Counted from the stretch's first letter, positions 1-8,729 are shown. The stretch is DNA of 52,709 bases from a virus (IMGVR_UViG_3300035687_000009:1-52709); one strand, 5' to 3'. The notes: generated by a model from the sequence alone, not told the origin. Program-made: numbers and translations.

Positions 1-144
1 AGTAGGACAACTCTTTCAAGCCGTGTAATAGGACAATGAAAAAATCATTTTTGATTACACTCAGATCGGCACCACGCAGATCGGCACCACTCAGATTGGC
101 ACCACTCAGATTGGCACCACTCAGATTGGCACCACTCAGATCGG
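1..144. repeat. Left copy of terminal overlap (circular assembly)
   Basis: 1-144 matches 52566-52709 with one mismatch (T127 vs A52692); the reading frame of the gene crossing the join is continuous. Confidence 0.95.
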
Positions 145-445
145 CACCACGCAGATTGGCACCACGCAGATTGGCACCACTCAGATTGGCACCACTCAGA
201 TCGGCACCACGCAGATCGGCACCACGCAGATTGGCACCACTCAGATCGGCACCACTCAGATCGGCACCACGCAGATTGGCATCACTCAGATCGGCACCAC
301 GCAGATTGGCATCACGCAGATTGGCACCACTCTCAACAGCCGCAACCACAACTTCTTTAAGTGTTTCACTTTCGTACTCGAAAAGGACATTTCCAGTCCA
401 TCGATTTTTAATTTGAAATTTGATTTTGGTAGTTGAGGTTTCCAT
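1..445 (-). CDS. Pentapeptide-repeat protein, N-terminal part (continues across the join; about 238 aa in total)
   Basis: ATG at 445: [50 protein letters not shown]...; absent from the ORF track because it runs off the edge. Confidence 0.9.
   Translation of the reverse strand, partial: METSTTKIKFQIKNRWTGNVLFEYESETLKEVVVAAVESGANLRDANLRGADLSDANLRGADLSGADLSGANLRGADLRGADLSGANLSGANLRGANLRGADLSGANLSGANLSGANLSGADLRGADLSVIKNDFFIVLLHGLKELSY
61..330 (-). repeat. 18 tandem 15-bp units encoding pentapeptide repeats A(N/D)L(S/R)(G/D)
   Basis: Unit (t/g)cagat(t/c)ggca(c/t)cac, head-to-tail with no spacers. Confidence 0.95.
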
Positions 446-620
446 TTTTATTCAGGGTTTTATTTTTGGTTGTCTTTTGAATTTGATGTGAGTTTCACCT
501 TTATTGATAAGGTCATTCTCCATTTATCTCCTTCGCCGTGCTCCTTCCATTCCTTTCTTACATACGACACATCTACCTTTGCATGCGATTGTTCCGTTGT
601 AGTTTCCATATTTTGGTTCT

Positions 621-830
621 TTACATTGACATTTTAATTCTCCCACAGGCACACCTCCACTCACTCACCCCTTGTTTACAAGAGCTCATTATTTTTTTAT
701 AGGAGCAGTGATCGATAATTTTTGCAGCCTTGCTCTGGTCGATGCCGTTCACCTTGCAGTAGGCTTGAAAAAAGATCTTTGAGGTACTCATTGGTTTTAT
801 TTTTTTATAGGAGTGGGAATGTATGGTCAT
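621..830 (-). CDS. Hypothetical early protein
   Basis: Start overlaps stop of 827..1051; C-terminal CxC. Confidence 0.55.
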   Translation of the reverse strand: MTIHSHSYKKIKPMSTSKIFFQAYCKVNGIDQSKAAKIIDHCSYKKIMSSCKQGVSEWRCACGRIKMSM

Positions 831-1051
831 GCTATTCTCATGGTCTTAATTTCCATTCTGGCTTTGTTCTCGTTCATTACTTCAATCGCCGCCTCTATTA
901 TCTGAGCGTTGAAAGCCTTCTTGTTAAGAACCTTACTTACCCATTCACGACTTTTCCGCGCTTTAGCGGCAACCCTATCTTGATCGCCATCGAACATCCA
1001 TGAATGGATCTCTGTAATCTTTTCGTCAAGTTCTTTTGGTAGGGGCTTCAT
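827..1051 (-). CDS. Small HTH DNA-binding protein (Cro/CII-like)
   Basis: QDRVAAKARKSREWVSKVLN helix-turn-helix pattern; divergent from the repressor. Confidence 0.65.
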   Translation of the reverse strand: MKPLPKELDEKITEIHSWMFDGDQDRVAAKARKSREWVSKVLNKKAFNAQIIEAAIEVMNENKARMEIKTMRIA

Positions 1052-1240
1052 TTATATCCCTAGTTTTTTTTCCTCCACCGTTAAACCCTTGTCTAAAATT
1101 TCATCCACCAGATAAGTGTAGTGGACATCTTCTTTTTGCTTGGCGGCCTTCTGCCTGGCAACTTCCTTGGCTCTTTCTCTATTTTTCACCGAAACCCTTA
1201 CATGGGTAAAATCTTGTGTTTTTGCCCTTTCCTTAGCCAT
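1052..1240 (-). CDS. Small regulator, possibly ribbon-helix-helix (Arc/Cro-like)
   Basis: First gene of the leftward operon; ATG at 1240 preferred because the longer start overlaps the promoter; FTHVRVSVKNRERAKEVAR strand-helix pattern. Confidence 0.55.
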   Translation of the reverse strand: MAKERAKTQDFTHVRVSVKNRERAKEVARQKAAKQKEDVHYTYLVDEILDKGLTVEEKKLGI

Positions 1241-1264
1241 TTGTATATTGGTTAACTGATGTAA

Positions 1265-1309
1265 CAAATATAAACAGTTGTTGATAACATATGCAACAGT
1301 TGTTGATAA
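1265..1309 (-). promoter_or_regulatory. Leftward early promoter with two operator repeats
   Basis: Minus-strand TATATTTG (1272-1265) fits the Bacteroidota -7 TAnnTTTG; exact 15-bp repeat AACAGTTGTTGATAA at 1273-1287 and 1295-1309. Confidence 0.8.
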
Positions 1310-1328
1310 AATATTTTAAAGTTTTTTT

Positions 1329-1730
1329 ATGGCTCAGACTGAGCGCAAAGACGAGCGATTAATTGCGGTTATAGTGGACTTGATAAGCAAATCAGGCAAA
1401 TCCGATGCTGAATTGGAGTTGGAATTAGGCTTTTCGACTCAAAGAATAAATAACTATAGGCTTGGTAAGCGTGAGGCTAAACTGGATTTTATAGCCAAAT
1501 GGAAGGATGTTTATAATGTAGATATCGTTGACTTATACAGGGGGATTGAAACAATTGTTTCACATGGAAAAACCGAAAAAGGTACAGCCGCAACAAATAG
1601 TGATGAAGCGGCTGTAAATAAGGCGAAGTATTTAGCTGAGTTGGAGGCGGAGGTGTCTCTGTTAAGAATCGTTACAACGCAGCAATCGGAAACAATATTG
1701 AATTTATCACGATCTGCCGTATCGAATTAA
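1329..1730 (+). CDS. XRE-family HTH repressor (CI-like, no peptidase domain)
   Basis: SDAELELELGFSTQRINNYRLGKREAKLDF XRE pattern; C-terminal coiled coil; divergent switch. Confidence 0.8.
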   Translation: MAQTERKDERLIAVIVDLISKSGKSDAELELELGFSTQRINNYRLGKREAKLDFIAKWKDVYNVDIVDLYRGIETIVSHGKTEKGTAATNSDEAAVNKAKYLAELEAEVSLLRIVTTQQSETILNLSRSAVSN

Positions 1731-1934
1731 TGACAGTATTATAGATCCCTGGAGTATTAGGCGTTTATGTCTGATCTGCTCATCCTCCGGAAGTGTGGAC
1801 AGAATAACATCAAGGTGAGCCTTTGAGGCTTCCATGCTAAGTGTGATAAATTCGGCGGCCAACTCAGGATCTAAGTGATCGGAGCAGTTAACAAGGGCAT
1901 CGATTAATTGGAAATTGTTGTGAGATCTACGCAT
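1707..1934 (-). CDS. Hypothetical protein convergent with the repressor
   Basis: 75-aa ATG ORF overlapping the repressor 3' end by 24 bp. Confidence 0.45.
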   Translation of the reverse strand: MRRSHNNFQLIDALVNCSDHLDPELAAEFITLSMEASKAHLDVILSTLPEDEQIRHKRLILQGSIILSLIRYGRS

Positions 1935-2147
1935 AAGGGTAGTGCATTAATATTAAGTGGAACAATAGGAATTTTTGATAATACTTCAACGCCACAATTC
2001 AACCTCTTACCTATTGCCATTGGGAAGGGGACTATAATTTTACCTGTGGTTGTGAGTGCATCTTAGTGCAAAAATTGGACAACTTATGTCAAAGAATACA
2101 ACGGCTGGCTACCGGCTTTTGTTTTACGTACCTTAAAAATACCCTTT

Positions 2148-2576
2148 ATGAAAAACATCATTTCAGCTATTTTAACCTTATCCATAATGATCTCATGCAG
2201 TGATGAGTCTATAACGGATCCGCTCGCAGGACCGTGGATATATAAATCTTCTGGATCGGGCCCGGTAATAGATGCAAAATTCGATCTAAGATCTAACGGT
2301 GGGGGATTCGCAATTACCGAAATTGAGCTAACTGTAGACGGCGAATTAGATTCTAACCTGGATCAATATGGTGCCTTTGCTTTAGAGGTTACGCCTAAAA
2401 GTATCAAGCAGATATCCATCACAAAATTTAGTAACAATGGGCAGGTGATCAAAGGTATTGCATTCTTTAAACTAGAATCAGATAATGGTCGTCAATGGAC
2501 GGTTGATAGCGTTATGTATTTGAATGAATCCCTTATAAAGTTTGGATATGTCAATCAGGAGTTAATTAAAAATTAA
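2148..2576 (+). CDS. Lipoprotein (possible lysogenic conversion or exclusion)
   Basis: Signal MKNIISAILTLSIMIS-C followed by acidic SDES; beta-rich body. Confidence 0.75.
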   Translation: MKNIISAILTLSIMISCSDESITDPLAGPWIYKSSGSGPVIDAKFDLRSNGGGFAITEIELTVDGELDSNLDQYGAFALEVTPKSIKQISITKFSNNGQVIKGIAFFKLESDNGRQWTVDSVMYLNESLIKFGYVNQELIKN

Positions 2577-2586
2577 CCACCTCAAA

Positions 2587-2841
2587 ATGGAAGTTATACT
2601 TATTATACTGGCTGTTTGCTTAGCAGGCTTCCTTTACTTCATTCCAAGTTGGATAGCATGGAATACTAATAACTCGAGCCTGGTTATAATTCTTAACATA
2701 TTAATAGGATGGACGGTAATTGGATGGTTGATTGCGTTGATTGTTGCCCTGACATCATCTGAAATTCCACCACAGCAACCAAAGGTTATAATAGAGCAAA
2801 GGCATGAGGACGACAATCTGGGACAAGATCGGAAAGCTTAA
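2587..2841 (+). CDS. imm: Superinfection immunity protein (T4 Imm family)
   Basis: YFIPSWIA...IILNILIGWTVIGWLIALIVA signature. Confidence 0.85.
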   Translation: MEVILIILAVCLAGFLYFIPSWIAWNTNNSSLVIILNILIGWTVIGWLIALIVALTSSEIPPQQPKVIIEQRHEDDNLGQDRKA

Positions 2842-2944
2842 AAAGCTATTAGATAAAGGAGCGATCACAGAACGAGAATATGATCAAGAGAAAACCAGGC
2901 TACTTTCAGGAAAATACCCACCAGGGTCAAAAGTTGAGTTATGA
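2804..2944 (+). CDS. SHOCT domain in the +1 frame relative to imm (frameshifted tail or 46-aa stand-alone ORF)
   Basis: DKIGKLKKLLDKGAITEREYDQEKTRLL; in-frame ATG at 2804. Confidence 0.7.
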   Translation: MRTTIWDKIGKLKKLLDKGAITEREYDQEKTRLLSGKYPPGSKVEL

Positions 2945-2955
2945 AAATAATTGTT

Positions 2956-4209
2956 TTACAGTAAATTAGCCACCATTTTTTTAGTCTCCATATCAAAACT
3001 ATCCAAATACCTTTGAGTTGTTTTCGGATCGGAATGTCCTAATGCTCTTTGAATAAATATCAAGTCCGCGCCCTTCTTCCATGCTATTGTAGCGAAGGTA
3101 TGCCGGGCCCAGTAGGTCGTTAGTTTTGGTAACTCCATTTTCTCACTAGCAATTTTTAATTGATCGTTCGTATCTGTAACGAAGTCATGAACCCGGTACT
3201 TAATCTGCTTTTGGGTGAGCCCATCCCGAAGCACTGGAAATACGAAAGCATTCGGATTCATGGAGTCCGTGAAATTTCCCCAACGCTGCATGATCGCTGT
3301 TGTTTCTGTTCGCAGGGGGATCTCAATAACCGAACGATCTCGAGAGGTATCAATGGTTTTTGCCCGCTCAAAGAAGATACACTCTTCTTTGATGTCGCGA
3401 TATTTCAATAAGGCTATGTCCTTGAAGTTCATCCCGTAACAGAAATATGAAAATATAAACAGATCCACGGCTTTTTGGAGCTCAGGGTTAAGCGTCCGGA
3501 AGGAGAGGACTTTATTTTTTTGATCCTCAGTTAACGCCAGCTTACGGCCTTTCGAGGTTGGGATTACATACTTACCCTTCCCGAAGGGATACATTTTACC
3601 GGGTATCTTATTCTTTTTAATAGCCAGGTTAAATGTTGTACGCAAGCAAATGCAATACATCCCCACGGTAGTAATCGACCTTGGTTCCCGCTCATCCTCA
3701 ACACTACCCGATGTCATCCATTTTTCATACTTCATGAGCCATGCAGGAGTGATTGACCCAAAGGAAAGATGATCGCCTGCAAATACTTTCATGCTGTTGC
3801 AAGCGGCATCATAAACCGATGCTGTGCCTTCCTTGTCCCGCGCCCGCAAATCTGATGCGTATCCGGCCATCAAGTTTAAAGGGTTCTTATACCGGCCCAC
3901 CTGGGTTAACTGTAGCCCAAAGTTTTCCGGATCGATGAAAGGGTCTTCCTTCAGGATTTCTTTCGCCCGCTCGTATATATCGGATAGATTGGTTTGCTTT
4001 TCCTGAAGGTCTTTATCCTTACCTGGATTACCCATTATCTTTTTGAACTCATCAACAGTTGCAAAAATGCTAGTCTTATAATATTTCTGGATGAATCGTT
4101 TTGCATTCTCAGGATCCCTGTAGGTTGTTCGAATCTTAACATGGTACCGGCCTTTGTTATCGCCGGTTGTTGTTATTCTCTTCTTGTCGAGTACTTTTGA
4201 AATGGTCAT
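2956..4209 (-). CDS. int: Tyrosine integrase
   Basis: ARHTFAT, LGHSDPKTTQRY catalytic motifs; box I GMNFKDI; N-terminal arm-binding and SAM-like regions. Confidence 0.95.
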   Translation of the reverse strand: MTISKVLDKKRITTTGDNKGRYHVKIRTTYRDPENAKRFIQKYYKTSIFATVDEFKKIMGNPGKDKDLQEKQTNLSDIYERAKEILKEDPFIDPENFGLQLTQVGRYKNPLNLMAGYASDLRARDKEGTASVYDAACNSMKVFAGDHLSFGSITPAWLMKYEKWMTSGSVEDEREPRSITTVGMYCICLRTTFNLAIKKNKIPGKMYPFGKGKYVIPTSKGRKLALTEDQKNKVLSFRTLNPELQKAVDLFIFSYFCYGMNFKDIALLKYRDIKEECIFFERAKTIDTSRDRSVIEIPLRTETTAIMQRWGNFTDSMNPNAFVFPVLRDGLTQKQIKYRVHDFVTDTNDQLKIASEKMELPKLTTYWARHTFATIAWKKGADLIFIQRALGHSDPKTTQRYLDSFDMETKKMVANLL

Positions 4210-4367
4210 AATGTGAATAGTAAGTTCATAGTTTCACCGAATTTAGTGTGAATACTAATTGAATGACGTTTGAATGATATGTGAATAACTTATTGATTTA
4301 CAGTCGATTAGTTGCGAAATATAAGTGAAATGATCATATTTGAATGCGCCTTACAGGAATTAAAATA

Positions 4368-4413
4368 TGACTCATAATCAATAGGTCCCCGGATCGTGCC
4401 CGGGAGGGCCCAC
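4368..4413 (+). mobile_element. attP core: 3' half of a CAT-anticodon tRNA (Ile2 or Met)
   Basis: TGA-CTCATAA-TCAAT AGGTC CCCGG-ATCGTGC-CCGGG AGGGCCCA gives anticodon loop, T arm and acceptor 3' strand; no 5' half upstream; 160 bp from int. Confidence 0.85.
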
Positions 4414-4425
4414 GAGTTAACAGTC

Positions 4426-4462
4426 AAGCAGTTAGGACGCAATCCGACTGCTTTATTTTTTT
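4426..4462 (+). terminator. Intrinsic terminator after the att tRNA fragment
   Basis: AAGCAGTTAGGA-CGCAA-TCCGACTGCTT imperfect hairpin followed by a T tract. Confidence 0.7.
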
Positions 4463-4520
4463 GTAAGGTTCATAGAAAGTTCATAGGAATTAAAATGATG
4501 CCTACCATGACTCGAAACAC

Positions 4521-4679
4521 ATGAAGCTTTTAATAATATTTTTGACAGCCATGGTAATAGCTCTTGTGTTTCGGTTTGCCTTTCAATACATGGGCTTCTT
4601 CAGTGAGTTTTTATATGGCTGGGCCGGAGGCACCCTCGCATTATTGGCGATATTGAAAATAGATAAATATCGGAATTAA
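4521..4679 (+). CDS. 52-aa membrane protein
   Basis: MKLLIIFLTAMVIALVFRFAFQYMGFFSEFLYGWAGGTLALLAILKIDKYRN, two hydrophobic segments; below the ORF-track cutoff. Confidence 0.55.
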   Translation: MKLLIIFLTAMVIALVFRFAFQYMGFFSEFLYGWAGGTLALLAILKIDKYRN

Positions 4680-4702
4680 AACCGCAATGTTTTATGGAAT
4701 AG

Positions 4703-4888
4703 TTGAAACTCCTTATTTTCATAACAATTATTACCCTCTGCTCCTGTGCTCATCACTCAATTCCGAAAAGAACATTTAAAGAGCCGAAGAAAAGAGTAGC
4801 GACACAGAAGGAAAGCAGATTGTTATTTGTATCGATGATTTTAGGAGTTGTAATAACCTTCCATTTCTTACCTGAAGATCAAAAATGA
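4703..4888 (+). CDS. Small lipoprotein/membrane protein
   Basis: Lipobox-like LCSC and C-terminal hydrophobic stretch; TTG start. Confidence 0.5.
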   Translation: MKLLIFITIITLCSCAHHSIPKRTFKEPKKRVATQKESRLLFVSMILGVVITFHFLPEDQK

Positions 4889-5103
4889 GATACTTTTTTA
4901 TTTCCTATTCCCATAACTTAGGCTTTGGCTCACTCACTATACAGCTTGAAGAATTCCCTAACGAACAAGGAATTTTTAAAACCCTTCAGGAAGAGGCCCC
5001 GGGAGACAAGGACCTCCCCAAGATAGAATCTATCACCATCCTTTCTCTTTTCGAGTTCAAAACCAAAGAGGATTTCGATTCGTTTAATCGCTCTGAAGAA
5101 TAG
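4885..5103 (+). CDS. Hypothetical protein
   Basis: ATGA overlap with the previous ORF. Confidence 0.65.
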   Translation: MRYFFISYSHNLGFGSLTIQLEEFPNEQGIFKTLQEEAPGDKDLPKIESITILSLFEFKTKEDFDSFNRSEE

Positions 5104-5303
5104 TTTTTATTGGTCGCTTCGCTGTGACGTACCCCTGTTTGGCCTGCCGACTAGTAACCGCAGGGCTTTGTGTAAAATATTGAAGAAGAGAATGAGTGGC
5201 TTAGGTTTGGAATCCAAGCCAGATTGTTAAAAGGTGTTTACACGATGTGAGTTTGGAATTCACACCGTTCTTCAGAAACCCGTTTTTACTCATTCTCTTC
5301 TAT

Positions 5304-5335
5304 TTCCTAAATTGGGAATTATTCCTAAATTTGTA
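5304..5335 (+). promoter_or_regulatory. Putative late promoter/operator upstream of terS
   Basis: TTCCTAAATTGGGAA imperfect palindrome, then TTCCTAAATTTG containing a perfect -7 TAAATTTG. Confidence 0.65.
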
Positions 5336-5368
5336 CTTGACACCGAATAATACGGATGTAATACGACT

Positions 5369-5638
5369 ATGGGGAAGGAAAAGACACAATTCAAACCCGG
5401 AAATTCAGGTAAACCAAAAGGAGCGGAAAACAAAACTACAAAAGCCGCCAAGGCGCTATTCCTGGGAATTATGGATGGTGAGGTTGAGCACATTAAGCGC
5501 TCCCTTGACACGATCCGGGCTAAAGATCCCGCGAAATACCTGGAAGTCCTATCTAAATTCTTTCCATACTTCATGCCTAAGAAGCTCGAAATCGACACCC
5601 CGACAGAGATAACAGTCAATGTCAAGCGTAGAGATTGA
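5369..5638 (+). CDS. terS: Terminase small subunit
   Basis: QFKPGNSGKPKGAENKTT N-terminal motif; overlaps the terL start. Confidence 0.75.
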   Translation: MGKEKTQFKPGNSGKPKGAENKTTKAAKALFLGIMDGEVEHIKRSLDTIRAKDPAKYLEVLSKFFPYFMPKKLEIDTPTEITVNVKRRD

Positions 5639-6935
5639 TTTCTATTTACCCAAACTCCACCCTGCGCAAAAGGTAATAATGCAGCAGGCTAAAAGGTTCA
5701 ACCACCTCCGATGCGGCAGGCGTTTCGGGAAAACAACACTTATTCAGGAATTAACATCAATTGCCCTTGAGGGGAAAAGAGTAGGCGTATGGTTCCCGGC
5801 ATACAAGGACCTGGCGGAGGTATGGACAGAAGTTAAGCTTTTGTACAAACCGGTTCCTCATGAGGTCTATGAATATATTGACATAATCGATAAGAAGGAC
5901 GAACAACTCAAACAAATCCGGTTACTCGGAGGGGGATTAATTGATTTCTGGTCGATGGAGAATCCTGACTCTGGCCAGGGTCGGAAATATCACCGGGCGA
6001 TTGTAGATGAGTCGGCGAAAGCCCAAAAGCTATACACAGCTTGGGAAAACACCATCCGCCCAACGCTCACCGACTACAAAGGGGACGCCTTCATAATGTC
6101 CAGGCCAAAAGGGAAAAATGCAGGAGGAACTGCGGAGCACCCGGGGAATGGGTTCTACCTTCTAGAGGAAAAACATAAGAAGTTTTTAAACTGGGCCTTC
6201 TTCCATTTCACCACATATGATAATCCATACATGGAGCATAGTGAAATCGAGGAGGCAAAATTACAGCTCGATGATATCAACTTCCGCCAGGAATACATGG
6301 CTGAATATGTCGATGCCAACGACAGGCCCTTCCTGTACAAGTTCGATGAAAAGAAGCATGTTATTGATTTTTACAAACCCAACCCTCACCTACCTATCCT
6401 GGTAAGCTTTGACTTCAACAAAGACCCAATGACCGCCTTGATCGGCCAACAAGTAGATATCTTCACCTCTTATGCTTTTGCTGAGATCAATCTTCCAGAA
6501 GGATCCACCCCGGAGGTTTGCGATCTTATAATTACCGATTATGTTCACTGGCTCTATAGGGATATTGAAGTCACCGGAGACGCAACAGGGAGAAACAGAT
6601 CTGCAATGGTAAAAGGGAACCTGAATCATTACCGGATAATCCAGGATAAATTAAGGTTATCCGATGATCAGTTAAGAAATCCGACAGCCAATTTAGCCCA
6701 TTCTGATAGCAGGGTGCTGTGTAACTCAGTGCTGCAGAATGCAAAGTTCTATATCACAAAAGACTGCAAAAAAACAATCAAGGACGCAATTTCAGCGTAT
6801 GTGGACGCCTCCGGCGAACTAGTGAAAACCCAGGCTGAAGGACTACACCACTTCGATACACTCCGGTATATGATCCATGCCTTTTACCCTGATTTTATTA
6901 CTGATCCAGATCAATACCAACAAGCAGAAGAATAA
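5619..6935 (+). CDS. terL: Terminase large subunit
   Basis: LHPAQ motif, Walker A CGRRFGKT, Walker B AIVDE, FRQEYMAEY, nuclease SFDFN...HHFDTLRY. Confidence 0.95.
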   Translation: MSSVEIDFYLPKLHPAQKVIMQQAKRFNHLRCGRRFGKTTLIQELTSIALEGKRVGVWFPAYKDLAEVWTEVKLLYKPVPHEVYEYIDIIDKKDEQLKQIRLLGGGLIDFWSMENPDSGQGRKYHRAIVDESAKAQKLYTAWENTIRPTLTDYKGDAFIMSRPKGKNAGGTAEHPGNGFYLLEEKHKKFLNWAFFHFTTYDNPYMEHSEIEEAKLQLDDINFRQEYMAEYVDANDRPFLYKFDEKKHVIDFYKPNPHLPILVSFDFNKDPMTALIGQQVDIFTSYAFAEINLPEGSTPEVCDLIITDYVHWLYRDIEVTGDATGRNRSAMVKGNLNHYRIIQDKLRLSDDQLRNPTANLAHSDSRVLCNSVLQNAKFYITKDCKKTIKDAISAYVDASGELVKTQAEGLHHFDTLRYMIHAFYPDFITDPDQYQQAEE

Positions 6936-6939
6936 TAAA

Positions 6940-6983
6940 TTCCCATAATGGTTTGTATTTTCCATTATTGGGATTTAGTATTG
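6940..6983 (+). promoter_or_regulatory. Putative promoter/operator heading the glycosyltransferase block
   Basis: TTTG(6952)-N20-TAGTATTG(6976); boxes TTCCCATAATGG and TTTCCATTATTGGGA resemble the box before terS. Confidence 0.6.
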
Positions 6984-7015
6984 TAATGGGATTACGGTTT
7001 ACGATCCCTACCTGA

Positions 7016-7537
7016 ATGACGGTTGACATCGTAGGAACTGGGGCCACGTCCCAGAACTGGAAACAACATGATTACTCCATCGGCGTTAATGATGCCTGGA
7101 AATTTGGTCAGCCAACAGACGCACTTTTAGTCTGTAACCGCCCCCAACAATTCACACCTAATCGGATTGAGATAATAATAAACTCAAAGCCTAAAGATTT
7201 TTTCTCACACAAAGCAAACTGGGCTGAGTGGTTTCCAAAATGGAAACAAATAAATCTCGTTACCTGGTACGGCACACTTAATCCAAAACAGGTTTACAAT
7301 TCTGACACTTCACCCTTCATTGCAATATCACTGGCTTACAATCTTGGAGCGAAAGAAATAATTCTTTGGGGAGTTGATTTCATTTCTCATCACATCTATA
7401 ACACAGGAAATACAGATACAAAAAATGAGGTGGAAAGGTATCTGCAATTATTTGAAGCGCTGAAAGAAAGGGGTGTGAATGTATTTGTGGGATCTGAGGG
7501 CGGAGTGTTTGAAAGGCATTTATCAGTTTATTCATGA
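7016..7537 (+). CDS. Maf/MptE-like (GT42/GT29 sialyltransferase-fold) transferase
   Basis: IVGTGATS, IGVND, TSPFIAISLAYNLGAKEIILWGVDF motifs. Confidence 0.7.
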   Translation: MTVDIVGTGATSQNWKQHDYSIGVNDAWKFGQPTDALLVCNRPQQFTPNRIEIIINSKPKDFFSHKANWAEWFPKWKQINLVTWYGTLNPKQVYNSDTSPFIAISLAYNLGAKEIILWGVDFISHHIYNTGNTDTKNEVERYLQLFEALKERGVNVFVGSEGGVFERHLSVYS

Positions 7538-8166
7538 CTCCATTTTGCACTATAACACCCACTCGCTCTGATCGCCCTCAATTACTTGAGTTCTGCAAAC
7601 ATCAGCTTTCCAGAATGAGTGTAAAACCAGATAAGTCTTACTTCATAGACTACCCTGCGGCAAATGAAAGCATTGACATTGTGGAGAGAGTGAAGAACGG
7701 TGTTCACCTGGCAAAGGCAGAAGGCTTTGAATACGCTTTCATTATCGAGGATGACGACTGTTATCCCGCGGACTTCTTTGAAAGCTTTGATATCGGCAAC
7801 TATTTATTTTATGGTAGCGAAGAAACAACCTATTACAACCTACGGAATAGATCTTATAATATCTTCCAACACGCTCGCAGGTCAAGCCTGTTTACTACTG
7901 GCTTTAACATTTCAGCATTAAAAGGATTTAATTGGTATGCTCCGAGAAATAGATTCCTTGACGTCAGCCTTTGGCAATATGCCGAACAGCAGCCCACGCA
8001 ATTTATTAAAACCAAAGCGATAGGCATGAAACACAACTTAGGGCTATGCGCTGGCAAGGGACACACTCACCAGGGAAAATATTCAGACCAAAGTTTAGAA
8101 TGGCTGAAAGCAAATACAGATAGTGAACAGTTTGATTTTTATAAAACATTAATGGAGAAACTATAA
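7534..8166 (+). CDS. GT-A glycosyltransferase (GT2-like)
   Basis: CTITPTRSDRPQLL start, IIEDDDCY DxD, FLDVSLW. Confidence 0.8.
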   Translation: MTPFCTITPTRSDRPQLLEFCKHQLSRMSVKPDKSYFIDYPAANESIDIVERVKNGVHLAKAEGFEYAFIIEDDDCYPADFFESFDIGNYLFYGSEETTYYNLRNRSYNIFQHARRSSLFTTGFNISALKGFNWYAPRNRFLDVSLWQYAEQQPTQFIKTKAIGMKHNLGLCAGKGHTHQGKYSDQSLEWLKANTDSEQFDFYKTLMEKL

Positions 8167-8174
8167 ATGTAAAA

Positions 8175-8420
8175 ATGGGATGTGATAAACAATCATACTT
8201 CACAAGAGCTGAGGCAAAAAAAGCCAGGAAGAAAATAAACCAACTTGGCACCGTCCGCGAAAGCTTAAAAACAATTTACCGCTGTGAGTGGTGCCATGCT
8301 TACCACCTCAGTTCCATTGAAAAAACGAAGAGCAGAAAATTCAAAAGGTTGAATCTATTTAAGCAGAAGGAAAATTCAGAATTAGAAGAACTGAGAAAAC
8401 AAGTAAGTAAAAACATATAG
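8175..8420 (+). CDS. Small basic Zn-binding protein
   Basis: CDKQSY...YRCEWCHAYHLSS. Confidence 0.65.
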   Translation: MGCDKQSYFTRAEAKKARKKINQLGTVRESLKTIYRCEWCHAYHLSSIEKTKSRKFKRLNLFKQKENSELEELRKQVSKNI

Positions 8421-8423
8421 CCA

Positions 8424-8729
8424 ATGATAACAGAGAAGGAAATGAAATCTATTCCAAAGGGCCGCTGGTCTAATTCCGCGTTACGCCAGGTATTTGGAAA
8501 GAAGCATGGATCGCCAGTCAGTGAAATGACAAAGGATGGAAACCAGGTAACAATAATTGGCAATAGGTTTCAACGTAGATTCAGACTGAATCATCCATTC
8601 AAGCAGATACCAGTTAAGGATGAAAAAGCAAAATTCCAAAGCAACCGCATTGAGAATAAAAAGCAGTTAACGTTGATGCGTAAGATCATTCAGTTCTTTG
8701 CGTACTTATTTAACCGGAAAGCTGCATGA
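8424..8729 (+). CDS. Hypothetical basic protein
   Basis: ATG ORF with ATGA overlap into the next gene. Confidence 0.6.
   Translation: MITEKEMKSIPKGRWSNSALRQVFGKKHGSPVSEMTKDGNQVTIIGNRFQRRFRLNHPFKQIPVKDEKAKFQSNRIENKKQLTLMRKIIQFFAYLFNRKAA

Noticed and set aside
1-144. Biological direct terminal repeat
   Set aside because: Falls mid-gene at a tandem array and is about assembler k-mer size; more likely a circular assembly overlap
61-330. CRISPR array
   Set aside because: 15-bp units are contiguous without spacers and are protein coding; no cas genes
61-330. Diversity-generating retroelement (variants fall at A-containing positions)
   Set aside because: No reverse transcriptase and no separate TR/VR pair seen; the substitutions are ordinary pentapeptide alternatives
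36-416. Plus-strand ORF of RSAPR/LAPL repeats
   Set aside because: Antisense shadow of the minus-strand pentapeptide gene
4368-4413. Functional tRNA gene
   Set aside because: 5' acceptor strand and D arm are missing; position beside int fits attP
5247-5625. ORFs 5247..5612 (+) and 5290..5625 (-)
   Set aside because: Overlap terS and its promoter in other frames; no recognisable motifs
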